Shown here piece after piece: positions 34,954 to 45,901 of a stretch of 45,901 nucleotides of DNA (the first letter of the stretch is position 1; each line of letters opens with the position of its first letter). The translations under genes were made by a program, and so were the position numbers. Source of the DNA: Octopus bimaculoides (taxonomy: Eukaryota); NCBI RefSeq assembly GCF_001194135.2, contig NC_068983.1, positions 15,345,533-15,391,433 on the forward strand. Direction: 5' to 3'. Under the pieces are notes generated by a model. That model searched no databases and was not told the DNA's origin. It worked only from the letters and a program-made list of their open reading frames with translations.

Positions 34954-37900
34954 CTGAAAAAAAAAAAAAAAAATAGAAATTGGGTTTAATTAAAATAACA
35001 ATAATGCAAATAATTTAAAACATTTTAAAATACCATTAACATTAGAATTCCAATTTACAATATGTAGTTGAATTTACTTCCACATTTTAGTTTCAAAATT
35101 TAAGTTTAATTTGAATGGAACACAGTTTATTTTATGGATGGTATAAAACGACTATTCTTTTCTAAAAATATAACAACTATAAATTTTCCCAATCCTCTAG
35201 AGCTATGCCATATAAAGTGTCCCATTATGTCTCAAAGTTCATCAAGCAGAGATCTATAAAATACATGACAGATTGAAATACATACTGAGGTCAGTATGAT
35301 CAATTAAATTTTTGAAGGTGATATCCCAGCATGGCGACAGTCAAAAGACTAAATCAAGTAAAATAATGTTTAAAGACTTTAATGGCTTCAAATTTCAGGT
35401 AATTGATTACTAACTACTAGTTCAAAATTTCGTATTGAACCTCCATTCTATACGATAACACTGTATGTACTTGACAGCCAACAATTAAACAATTGTAATT
35501 TGAAGTCGAACGGATAAAAAGATGTCCAGATTTCTTTAAAAATTATTGTGCAAAATATTCTGAGTAAAAGTAATTTTTCACCACAACAAAACACACACAA
35601 ACAAGTGTCTCTGTGGTAACTTGAGCTACTTCAAATAGCAGCCAAATCTCTCTTAAAACACACCCTTTCATCAAAAGAAAGACACAGATTTACAGTATTT
35701 CCGGAAGAAGAAAAAAGATTGCGATAGGTCTGCTACATCAGAGGTAGCTCTAGGCTACACAAAGCACAAACATATTTCACATTAAAAGATTATCTACTAA
35801 ACAATACTAATAAAGTTGACAGTATATCTTCAAAGTTTCATTCCCTGGTAAAACTCCAAACATTTTCCCATTATGCACTATGTAAGACATAAAAATTGTT
35901 CAGGCAGAGTTGCCTCCATTAGCTAAAGACCACAAAATTGTGCAGCCAGATGTGATTTTTGCAAGGTTATTTTTGTAGTAAAAAAGAATTGTTGTGCTAA
36001 AAACATACTTTATTTGATAGCCGAAAAGATTACCAAATCTTTTGAACTGTCATACGTCAAAATTGGCAACTCAGTTTTCATATAGATAAGGACACACACA
36101 CACACACACAAAACTAGGTTTTATTGTGTGAAAGGTTGATAGTAGCAATAGAGACATTACTCTCCCTCTATCACCTTTTAACAAAATTATTTATTAGGAA
36201 ACAGTAGAACAATTAACAACATAATAAAAATAAGTTTTATTTTGGTGATGCTTGGCTTTACAAATCCTGTATCATTCAGCCTAGCAGCCGCTGGTTAACT
36301 TCTAATCGGCATCTAGATATTAAGAGCTTCATGCCAGAGGAGCGAGTAGTTGTCACGTCGAAAGCATCGTGCTAAAAAGGCTTGGAAAGCACGCAAAGCG
36401 CTTTAAGTACTGGTTTACTACGCATGCGCACTCGAGGGGCTTCCGGAAAGACAAGTCTCTTGCGCAAGAGTAGATTGTACTTCCTTAATGGTGGCCATAA
36501 TTTCGCGCCACTACAATGATATAAGATTAAGAAATGAATATATTCTCTTCCAAGTCAACTACAAAGTTGTTCCATCTCTTCTTTTCTACAAACTTTACCT
36601 CAGCCCACCATATTTTATCAGTTAAACTGCTGGACTGATCAGTTATGGCTTTCAGACCATTGTATTTTGTACCTTGAGAAAGGCACATACGTCCAAGCAA
36701 AGAGTCAAGCTTAAAAAAATTGACCCACCAATGAAGTTAGAATGTTTGAAAAAAAAATTTAAAAAAAGGATTATACCAAATAATTTTTTAAAAAAAGCAA
36801 TAAGTAAAATATATTACTGTTGTTTGATCCTAAATTGCTTGAACTGACACCAATATTAGTGAGGTTGCCAGAACTTGTAGCGGCGGATGTTGTAGGTAAA
36901 GCTGGTGGTAAGAGAAGATCAGATAAACTTGTTGGAGGTGTTTGGCTGGTTGTGGTTGAAGTGGCTGGTGGTTTGGAGCGAACAGCAAAGATCTTGCCCT
37001 TATTTGTTCGAATGTATACCCCTCTCGGTGTTTTAATTACATGTATTTGCTGTCCAGCTGGGATAACATCTGGATATGATGAATTATTATTGGATCCAGG
37101 AAGCATAATATCTATAAAAGGAAAAAAAAGAAAAAAAAAAGACAAAAACCAAAATCAGGAATGAAGGACGAGGCAGATATGGGAAAGAATGAAAGTGATA
37201 CTAAATTTTGTATCTTTTATACAGGAACTTTGAATGTGTAAACCAATGCATAATAAAAACTGAAATGGTTTAAATATCTGCCATTCAAGCATGAGAAAAA
37301 ACACACAAAAAGAAATAAAACAAAACTGAAGATAATTATTACATAAATAAAAAATCTTATATATAATAAATAAATATTTGAAAATAAGTCAAAAGTAAAA
37401 ATATGAATTCCTTGAAGTTGCTTCTGTGTCATGTAAATCTAGAATGAGTAGGTTTATGATTAAAACCATTCCAGCCATGATTATTCAGCCCTCTTAGACA
37501 TTTCATATCTAGGACTATATTATCCAATGTGTCCTTCCCTTCTCAGGGCAATGGAATGTTATCTGAGGGACAGCTGGCTACTATTTCTGGTAGATTGAGC
37601 AGCCATATTGTAACTCCATTAGTTTGTAGGGACAACTGCTGCTTTTGTTTGACAAAATATTTATAACAACATAAAGGCATTTTGACATAAGGTCTAGAAA
37701 CAACATTATCTGTTTAGCTCTCATAAACATTTTTCTAAAGACTATATCCCACTTTTGTGATCAATCAAATGTCTCAACTAAATTTGTCAACTCCTTTACT
37801 ATCTCAATTATAGGAAATGCAACCAGGTCTAAATTGTAAGATATGAAGCATTTAATTTTAACAGCCAACTGATATAGCTATGTTATACTATTTTTGTATC

Positions 37901-40900
37901 CATGCATCTTTTTCATTAAAAAAATAGCTTAAAATTTAATTTCATGTCATAGCAAACTACTTCCAAATACTATTCTATGTGCTGAAATGAACAAGAATGT
38001 CACTGAAAAAGATTGTTAGAAGAGAGTTCTCTACGTTCATAAACTACCACCTACAGAGACAGCATATACAAACAATGGCCATAAATTAAACTAAGACACT
38101 GATCAACCAACTGTAATTATTTATTTCATCTGGTAAAAATGAAGATTAAAACCACATGAAAATGATTTGCTATCAGTTTTAGATTATTAACAGTCACAAA
38201 ATATACCTGTAGTAGTGACAATTTGATGTACTGATACACCTGGTCTGACTACTTTCACTTGTTGTCCTGATACAGTAGAACGCAACATCTGATTGAGTGG
38301 GAAATTAACTTGAGGAAGTGACATTGGTACAGGAGTTGATATAATTGGTTTGACACTTGCAACTGGTCGTTCACCTGCTTGCATATTATTTGGCCTGAAA
38401 TTAACAGAAATTATACCATTTTTTAAAATTTTTACTATTTTTCATTTTTAACAGAATTTCTTTACAGCTTTAATTTATGATTTTTAACTATTGTTTTGAA
38501 ACTATTGCATGGCAATGTGGTTACAGAATAACAATGGAAATCAAACTCATGTCTCTTGGTTAGAGTCCTAGTACATTACCTTTATGTTTAAATGTAGTAC
38601 TATTCCCTTCATGGGACTGTCACATTAAGTTGACAGCATACAACTACTTCATCATAACACTACTGCATAAATCTCCCAGAGAGATTTAGAAATGTATTAT
38701 TTCTAAATTTGAAATCAGTGAATGTATTTCACTATAATTATTATATGTTTACAAGAGCTTGACAGGCATCTTTGGCTAGCAAGTCATGCTACTCCAGACT
38801 GATGACGAACAAAGACTCAGAAACATGTCTCTGGATGCAGGCTTGGCTGGGTGGAGGTGCTTGTCTCCCCCTCGTAAACATAAGGACACAGGAAATGTGT
38901 CAAGGCCNNNNNNNNNNAGGTGCTTGTCTCCCCCTCGTAAACATAAGGACACAGGAAATGTGTCAAGGCCGACAGGAAGCAGTGTAGCTTCCTAGGTCTA
39001 AACAACAGTAGTATTATTCCCTTCATGGGACTGTCACACTAAGTTGAAAGCATACACCACTGCATAAATCTCCCTGAGAGATTTAGAAATGTATTATTTC
39101 TAATTCAAACTTTGTACGAGTCCATACCTCGTAGAATTGAAGCTGTAATTACTGCCAAAGTCACTCCTACCCCATATTAAAATAAATGTTTGAAATTTTA
39201 AGGTGTTTCCATTATTTTGTCCAACCCCTGTATATGTTTGTGTGTCTGTGTTTGCACCTCCTATCATCGTTCGACAACCGATGTTGGTGTGTTTACGTCC
39301 CCACAACTTAACATTTTAGCACAAAAGACTGATAGAATAAGTCCTGGGGTCAATCTGTTCGACTAAAGGCAGTGCTCCAGCATGGTCGCAGTCAAATGAC
39401 CGAGACAAAAGAATATACAAACACAAAAAAACAGTACTTACCATGGCCCAGGACCTTGATAATATTGTGTCGACTGCCCTGGCTTAGGATAATACATGGT
39501 ATAAGATTGTCGACTGTAATTCAAATTCATTTTCTTCTCCATAACATAACCCTGTTTAGCAAGTTGCTTTTCTTTCTTGGTTAATCGTAGACTTTTTTGG
39601 TCTAACAGCAAAGATTCATGAGTGAATGGTTCCTATAATAAAAATTTAAATAATGCTTTGAGGAATATTTGAAGGTATTAGTATAAATTCATACATACTT
39701 CATCTTGAAAATAATATTCATCTTTAATGTCTGTACCATAAGAATTCAGAAAATGATGATGATGATGATGATGATAGTGAAACTTCAAGAGACATGAAAT
39801 AAATTATCCTGAATGGTGGAACTTGAAGCCGATAAAGCTATAAATAACAGGTAAAATACTGGGTTAAAAATCCGTTGAATGGACTATGCGACTGAGACGT
39901 GGTCCTCTGATCCATCAAGTGGGCAGTAACTCTGAATAAGAACAAATTTGGACCGTAATGTCACATCCAACCCATGCCAGCATAAAAGGCAGAATGCAAC
40001 TGCTGATGGTGGTGGTGGGAATGATGGAGCACTCCGTCGGTTACGACGACGAGGGTCCCAGCTGATACAATCAACGGAACAGCCTGCTCATGAAATTAAG
40101 GTGCAAGTGACTGAGCAATCCACAGACACGTGTAGCCCTAGCGTAGTTCTCAGGGAGATTCAGCGTGACACAGAGTATGACAAGGCCGGCCCTTTGAAAT
40201 AAGGTACTGCTCATTTTTGCCAGATGAGTGGACTGGAGCAACGTGAAATAAAGTGTCTTGCTCAAGGACACAACGCGTCGCCGGGAATTGAACTCTCGAC
40301 CTTACGATCGTGAGCCAAGTGCCCTAACCACTAAGCCACGTGCCTTCGCGGTGGGAATGATGATGATAGTGTAAACAATAATTTTGAGTTAAGTATTAAA
40401 CAATGTTGTCTTTTTTTATAATTTATTTTACCTAAAATAGCTGACACTCGTTTTAAGATAATGATATTTCATACTCATAACACCCAAGAAAAGAAATAAG
40501 AACGATGGACTAATGTCCAAAATACTGATTACAAGGCCAGCAGTTTCAAGGGCAGGAGCAAATGAATTACATTGACCTCAATCTTCAACTGGTGCTTATT
40601 TTATTGACCTTAAGAAAATGAAAGGCAAAGTCACCTCGGTGGAATTTTAAGTCAGAACATGGAAGATGGATGAAATGCTGCTAAGCATTACGCCCAGTAT
40701 GCTAACGATTCTGCCAGCTAGTTGCTTTACTAATGTCCAAAATATTAAGGCATTTTCTCTTTCCATTAAAGCATTAAGCTTATAGCCTATTTATTAAAAC
40801 TTGCTTACCTTGTGTTGTTGCGCATGCACAAACACAATCATCACCACCCAAATCTAATCCAATCTTTCAATAACTAAGGGGGGGCTTATTGAAAACTCAT

Positions 40901-43900
40901 TACTTCATTATAAACTGTTAATATAATAAACTTACCTTTGTCAGCCATTTTCCATTTTTTTCAAGGACAGATTGCAGAACAGAATCGCCATCACTATTAA
41001 AGTTATCCAACTTAACTTCAGGTAAGTCTTGGTCCTATTTCAAAGCATTGTAAATACAAGTGGTTTAGAAATAAGTTTCAAATTATCAACTGTTATTTAT
41101 TTATTTTGTATTACAAGTTGTTTTCAACTAGTCTGCTACATTTCTGACAGCAACACTGACAAGACAATTTTACAGTTTCTTACATTTATATCCTTTACTG
41201 ATAAACACTAGTCTTTTCTTATCACTGTAATCCAACAAAATATTTGTTAATTCCAGTTCTACCATTCCTGATAGCAGTGAATAAAGGTCCATGCAGCTGT
41301 GCAACTCAAGTTGAACAATCTCCACTAAGAGATTGTTCAACCTGAAATGGCAGCAAAATCTCATTTAACCCTTTAGGATTCATTTCTTTGTCAAATGTAT
41401 TGCTTATTTATTCACATAGCTTTGTTTGTATTAGGTTGGCAACTAAGTTCCTGCAGTTTTTTTAAAATTCAAATTTTTTAAAAGGTTTAATAAAAAAAAT
41501 AACAACTAATTGATCAATAATGTATTCACCCTTGTTGCTTACAACTTCTTCCCAACATTCAACTAGATTTTCAATACTTCGTTAGTGGAAATCACCCGAT
41601 TTCGACTCGAAAAATTGATCGAACCAAGCTCTCAATTCTGCATCAGTATTGAACGAAACTCTGCACATAGCATTCGAAAGAAATCGAAAGAGGTGGAAAT
41701 CCGTTGGTGCGAAATCAGGAGAGTACGCAGGTGTGGCAGCCATGCGTTTGAATGGCTTCCTTGNNNNNNNNNNNNNNNNNNNNNNNNNNNNNNNNNNNNN
41801 NNNNNNNNNNNNNNNNNNNNNNNNNNNNNNNNNNNNNNNNNNNNNNNNNNNNNNNNNNNNNNNNNNNNNNNNNNNNNNNNNNNNNNNNCAGCAGAAGAAC
41901 TCCATGCTGTCGATTAGGTCTTTTCTCTTGAATAACCGTGTTGAGTCATCCCATCTGTTGAACATAGAGTTCCGTTCAAGCAATTCGTAATGGATAATCC
42001 CTTTCCAGTCCCACCATACGCACAACATCGTTTTACGTGAATGAAGATCTTGTTTCACGCACAGTGTCGCTTGTTTACCAGGACTAAGCCATTCCTTATG
42101 CTGCTTCATATTGATGTACAGGCACCATTTTTTGTCACCAGTAACGATTCAGTAAAGAAATCGTTGCTTATGTCCATCAGTTGAGCGGTGACAAGCAAGC
42201 AAACCAGTAGAGATTGTGGCTCGTTGATTTTTGTTGTTGTCACTTAAAGCATGCAGAACCCATGCTCCATATTTCTGAACCTTTCCCAATGCTAAAGGGT
42301 TAAATTTCATCTTAGAAGGATGTCATGGACAAAGTTATTTCCTACCATATAAAAAGATGCTATGGTCATAGTTAGGGTACCTCTCATCATAGATCTGTTT
42401 GATCTGGAGCTAAACAACCACAAAATATGCACCACAGTTCTTGGATATAACAATGCTGGTGATACATTATGAGGAGCTGACACATCAAGCGTTTTGAGAC
42501 TTCACTAATTTGGTTACCAACACTCTTTTTTAATACTGAGCATAAATAACTTGAATTTACTACAAATTTATCATTTTTAACCTAGAGTAGTTTAGAAGTT
42601 AAAAACAGACACAGTCACAGCATACATTTTTATATAAATACTAGGGTTGGTAAATATACAAACTCTGCTTGCAAAGACCTGTTGGGACAAGTGAAATCGT
42701 AATTGAACCATACTCGATGACTGGCACCTACGCCAGTGGAGCACTAACAGCACTGTCGAGCGTGTTCATTGCCAGAGCAGCTGTCTGGCTTCCATGCTAG
42801 TGGCCTGTAAATAGCACCATTTGAGCTGGTGGCATGTTAGAAAATCATTCGAGCGAGGTCGTTGCCAGTGCCGCTGGACTGGCTCCTGTGCAGGTGGCAT
42901 GTAAAAAACAGCATTTTGAACATGGAAGTTGCTAGTACTGCCTGACTGACCCTCGTGGCGGTGGCACGTAAAATCACCTACTACACTCTCGGAGTGGTTG
43001 GCGTTAGGAAGGGCATCCAGCTGTAGAAACTCTGCCAGATCAGATTGGAGCCTGGTGCAGCCTTCTGGCTTGCCAGTCCTCAGTCAAATCGTCCAACCCA
43101 TGCTAGCATGGGAAGTGGACGTTAAACGATGACAATGATGATGATAGATCATAAAAGAACATGTAGACGTTTGTTTTCTTTATTGCATCTGTTTTACAGA
43201 CAATTAAAGAGCATTTTCAATTATCTGTTCATTTTATAAGGCACATTTTCAAAAAGAATATATTTTCCTACTTGGGAAACATGTTTAAGAAAAATAAAAT
43301 ACATACAACATAATGTAAGAGACTGTCAACTTGCTGTCTTGTGAACTGATTTTCTGGATTTAGCTCATCAACAACTCGATCTACAAATACAAAATCAGAT
43401 TGCAAAAGGGAATCAATTAGGTATATAATAATAAAATTTTGTTAGTTTTGCAATTCTAAATAACACTAAAATCGTTCTGTCGTTTTTTTAAGCGAACTCA
43501 CCTGACATGCCTTGCTTGTTTATTTGCCTATCATATATTTTTTTCTCCAAAGTATTGTCAGTTATTAGCCTGTATATGTAGGAATGCTTCTGTTGTCCAT
43601 ATCGATAAACACGACAAACAGCTTGACAATCGTGGCATGGATTCCAAGATGCATCAAAAATAACAACACGATTAGCTCCAATAAGATTTATACCAAGACA
43701 TCCAGCTCTGTAAGAAATATCGAAATTTTTGTTATTAAATACATAGATATTTGGTAAAAATTTTCCTTTAAATATACTGATGCAGACATGGCTGTGTGGT
43801 TGAGAAGTTCACATGCATGTGTGTGTGTGTGTGTGTGTTTTGACATCACAGAATAGTTATAAAGGAGTTGCACCATCATACAAGAAGAGCCACTCATTTC

Positions 43901-44331
43901 CAGGCTTTTGTGTACACATGCCTAACTATGGAGGAATATTACCTTACTTGGAAAACAGGTGAGAGTTAAACAAAAAGGGCAGCTGGCTGTAGAAAATATG
44001 CCTCAAAAACAATTCCATCTGACTCATGCAGGTATGGAAAAAGTGGATGTTAAGATTATGATAATGATTGCTACACAAAATAATTATAATTTCCTAGCAA
44101 TCTTGTCTAAAAAATAATTTATGATTGGCGTTTTGTGAACGTATTTGAAACTGTTTTTCTACTTGCTGTGATATTGATTTTTGTTAAATATGAAGAGACA
44201 TATGTTGAGTAAAGCAAATTAAAACTCTTACCTCGTTGACAATAAAAATAGCCAAACTCTATTATTATCAGGAGAATTAAACTGGTTGATCAATTTCTCT
44301 CGTTCTGCAGCAGAAGTACTGCCGTCCAGTC
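33752..44331 (-). CDS. RAD54L2: Helicase ARIP4 / RAD54-like 2 (SNF2 family), 5'-partial, 8 coding exons
   Basis: Exons in transcription order: 44331-44232, 43707-43502, 43380-43307, 41034-40936, 39632-39442, 38394-38207, 37111-36818, 34953-33752; GT..AG with consistent phases. The protein contains [65 protein letters not shown] (HELICc motifs V-VI). It also has motifs I recognise as ARIP4-specific: [25 protein letters not shown] and [24 protein letters not shown]. Confidence 0.93.
36127..36515 (-). mobile_element. Solo LTR in the last RAD54L2 intron, same orientation as the gene
   Basis: Colinear with 15099-15497; TGT/ACA ends; TSD decayed (attg vs atga). Confidence 0.8.
36818..37111 (-). 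CDS. RAD54L2: RAD54L2 exon (DIMLPG...[14 protein letters not shown]...SNN)
   Basis: ttttatag acceptor is certain; the donor A|gtaata is the best phase-1 candidate, but an earlier donor cannot be excluded. Confidence 0.82.
38207..38394 (-). CDS. RAD54L2: RAD54L2 exon ([16 protein letters not shown]...IVTTT)
   Basis: tttcag acceptor and G|gtatat donor; 188 nt. Confidence 0.9.
38594..39103 (+). mobile_element. Retrozyme-like or Penelope-derived unit of about 350 nt with a terminal ~100-nt direct repeat
   Basis: Direct repeats at 38594-38706 and 39008-39103. Period is 414 nt, or 351 nt after removing a 53-nt+10N gap duplication. Contains the hammerhead and many perfect hairpins. Confidence 0.6.
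38776..38850 (+). ncRNA. Type I hammerhead ribozyme-like motif
   Basis: TCCAGA(38793-98), CTGATGA(38799-805), a 14-nt weak stem II, GAA, ACATGT (palindromic stem III, 38823-28), C38829 (GUC site), TCTGGA(38830-35). Stem I extends further: CAAGTCATGC pairs with GCAGGCTTG. Stem II is poor, so activity is uncertain. Confidence 0.7.
39225..39415 (+). mobile_element. Family A SINE, 3' half
   Basis: Matches 21225-21420. Confidence 0.7.
39442..39632 (-). CDS. RAD54L2: RAD54L2 exon ([10 protein letters not shown]...GPGP)
   Basis: ttatag acceptor and TG|gtaagt donor; 191 nt. Confidence 0.92.
40027..40349 (-). mobile_element. tRNA-derived SINE with a Meta-like centre and the family B tail
   Basis: Exact 13-bp TSD GGTGGGAATGATG (40014-26 and 40350-62); A-box TGGCTTAGTGG, B-box AGTTCAATTCC, centre GTGTCCTTGAGCAAGACACTT. 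Confidence 0.88.
40936..41034 (-). CDS. RAD54L2: RAD54L2 exon (DQDLPEV...GKWLTK)
   Basis: aatag acceptor and AAG|gtaagt donor; 99 nt; phase 0 to 0. Confidence 0.85.
41365..42303. mobile_element. piggyBac-type MITE interrupted by the mariner relic
   Basis: TTAA-CCCTTTAG at 41365 and CTAAAGGG-TTAA at 42303; same family as 32062-32289. Confidence 0.65.
41431..42260 (-). mobile_element. Mariner (DD34D) transposon relic, 5'-truncated, with an assembly gap
   Basis: TA followed by TTAGGTTGGCAACTAAG TIR at 41431. The transposase reads IVTGDKKW...[19 protein letters not shown]...[17 protein letters not shown] (YSPDLAP motif) with disruptions. Confidence 0.9.
42660..43145 (+). mobile_element. RTE LINE 3' tail
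   Basis: Same tail. Confidence 0.85.
43307..43380 (-). CDS. RAD54L2: RAD54L2 exon ([25 protein letters not shown])
   Basis: ttgtag acceptor and GTT|gtatgt donor; 74 nt. Confidence 0.93.
43502..43707 (-). CDS. RAD54L2: RAD54L2 exon ([15 protein letters not shown]...KQGMS)
   Basis: ttacag acceptor and G|gtgagt donor; 206 nt; helicase motifs V-VI. Confidence 0.96.
44232..44331 (-). CDS. RAD54L2: RAD54L2 exon (RLDGSTS...FLLSTR)
   Basis: tttaag acceptor and AG|gtaaga donor; 100 nt. Confidence 0.95.
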
Positions 44332-44553
44332 CTTAAAATTAAAAAAAAAAAAAAAAAAAAAATCAATGCTTGTTTTATATTAGTTTCACACATCAAATAT
44401 AAGAATGGTTTTAGTTTCTATTTCATCAAAAGTAACTTGGCTTTGAAATGAGTGGCTCAACTTCAAAAATTCACTAGATGTGTAATGTGAGTGAGCATGA
44501 ATGATAGAACGGAAATGAGCTGGGAGAGAAAATCTGGATTAAAAAGGAATCAT

Positions 44554-44923
44554 GTTGTTGGCACTCCGTCACTTACGACGTCGAGGGTTCCAGTTGATCC
44601 AATCAACGGAACAGCCTGCCCGTGAAATTAACGTGCAAGTGGCTGAGCACTCCACAGACACGTGTACCCTTAATGTAGTTCTCGGGGATATTCAGCTGGC
44701 CCTTTGAAAAACAGGTACAACAGAAACAGGAAGAAAGTGTGAGAGAAAGTTGTGGTGGAAGAGTACAGCAGGGGTCGCCACCCCACCCCGCACCTGCCAG
44801 AGCCTCGTGGAGCTTTAGGTGTTTTTGCTCAATAAACACTCACAACGCCCGGTCTGGGAATCGAAATCATGATCCTATGACTGCGAGTCCGCTGCCCTAA
44901 TCACTGGGCCATTGCGCCTCCAC
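44554..44923 (-). mobile_element. tRNA-derived SINE (family B)
   Basis: 12-bp TSD aaaaggaatcat / aaaaggtatcat. Confidence 0.85.
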
Positions 44924-45109
44924 AAAAGGTATCATATATAGTGTACAAAAAGAAGCCTACACTGGTAGACGTGTTGCATCATAACAGTAGATGGAGTTCT
45001 CCTCGTCCTATGAATGTGATAGCACAACAGCTTGAAAGACTGCAAATGAACCATACCACTTGGATAAGTGACATTCATACACAATTATTGCATGGACAAG
45101 ACAAGGTAA

Positions 45110-45290
45110 CACTAAGGCACACACAAACACACACAACTTCTTTCAGCTTTCATCTACCAAATCCACTCACAAGGATTTGGCCAATCTGGGGATGTAGGAG
45201 AAAACACTTACCCAAGGTGCCACATAGACTGAATTCAAAATCACATGTTTGCAAAGCAAACTGCTTAACCACACAGCCCTGCCTGTGCGT
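45110..45290 (-). mobile_element. Family A SINE, degenerate
   Basis: Core and head remnants. Confidence 0.6.
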
Positions 45291-45524
45291 ATACGTCTGT
45301 ATGTATAACGTTTATGTTTGCTTGTATGCATTTACACACATATATATAGACATATATATACACACACACACCACACACAGTATGTGTGTCAATGCATGTG
45401 CACGTCTCTTTCTCGTGTGCGTGTGTGTAAATATATACACCCTGACTTTTTAATATACTTTTTGCATATTTGGATTGTTTGCTGGCCACTTTACCATTAT
45501 TTTTTAAAAGATAATAACTTAGAA

Positions 45525-45901
45525 ATAGTATGGTATGGTCATTTAGCGAGAACGGATGATGATAGCTGTGTGAAAAAGTGCCACACCCATGCGGTTGAGG
45601 GTACCTGTGGAAGAGGTAGACCCAGGAAGACCTGGAATGAGGTGGTGAAGCACGACCTTCGAACATTAGGCCTCACCGAGGCAATGACTTGTGACCGAGA
45701 CCTTTAGAAATATGCTGTGCGTGAGAAGACCCGGTGGCACGTAAAAAGCACCATTTGAGCATGATTGTTTCCAGCTTTGCCTTACTGGCACTCGTGCCGG
45801 TGGCATGTGAACAAGACATTAGACTCCTGTGCAGGTGGCATGTAAAAAACACCATTTGAGCGTGGTCGTTGCCAGTACTGCTGGTGGAACGTAAAAAGCT
45901 C
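45525..45901 (+). mobile_element. 5'-truncated RTE LINE: RT C-terminus and start of the 3'UTR
   Basis: WYGHLARTDDDSCVKKCHTHAVEGTCGRGRPRKTWNEVVKHDLRTLGLTEAMTCDRDL, followed directly by GGTGGCACGTAAAAAGCACC repeat units. Confidence 0.92.

Noticed and set aside
38855-38970. Exact 53-nt tandem duplication around a 10-N gap
   Set aside because: Identical sequence on both sides of a minimal gap is the typical unmerged contig-overlap artefact; it was discounted when estimating the 351-nt unit.
41170-41364. Minus-strand ORF with a good acceptor inside the RAD54L2 intron
   Set aside because: No similarity to ARIP4, no good donor, and the flanking exons already join in phase.

Overview
Eukaryotic, AT-rich, repeat-dense draft-assembly window with six N-gaps. 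The SINE and RTE-LINE families look like those of an octopus or other coleoid cephalopod; this is inferred from repeat content, not searched. Two intron-rich genes converge tail-to-tail. (1) + strand: the 3' six coding exons (1848-16821) of an atypical protein-kinase-fold gene with an HDDIHEEN catalytic loop, a DFG motif and a very short activation segment. (2) - strand: the 3' eight coding exons (44331-33752) of RAD54L2/ARIP4, a SNF2 helicase. Both 5' ends lie outside the window. The rest is mostly mobile DNA: many 3' tails of one RTE LINE family, three or four tRNA-derived SINE families, three solo LTRs (two with exact 4-bp TSDs), piggyBac-, hAT- and pogo-type MITEs, a mariner relic and two fold-back elements. 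The most notable item is a hammerhead-ribozyme-containing, hairpin-rich ~350-nt unit with a terminal direct repeat (retrozyme-like) in a RAD54L2 intron at 38594-39103. Almost all ORFs in the supplied track are spurious. Exon coordinates were counted by hand; repeat boundaries are approximate.
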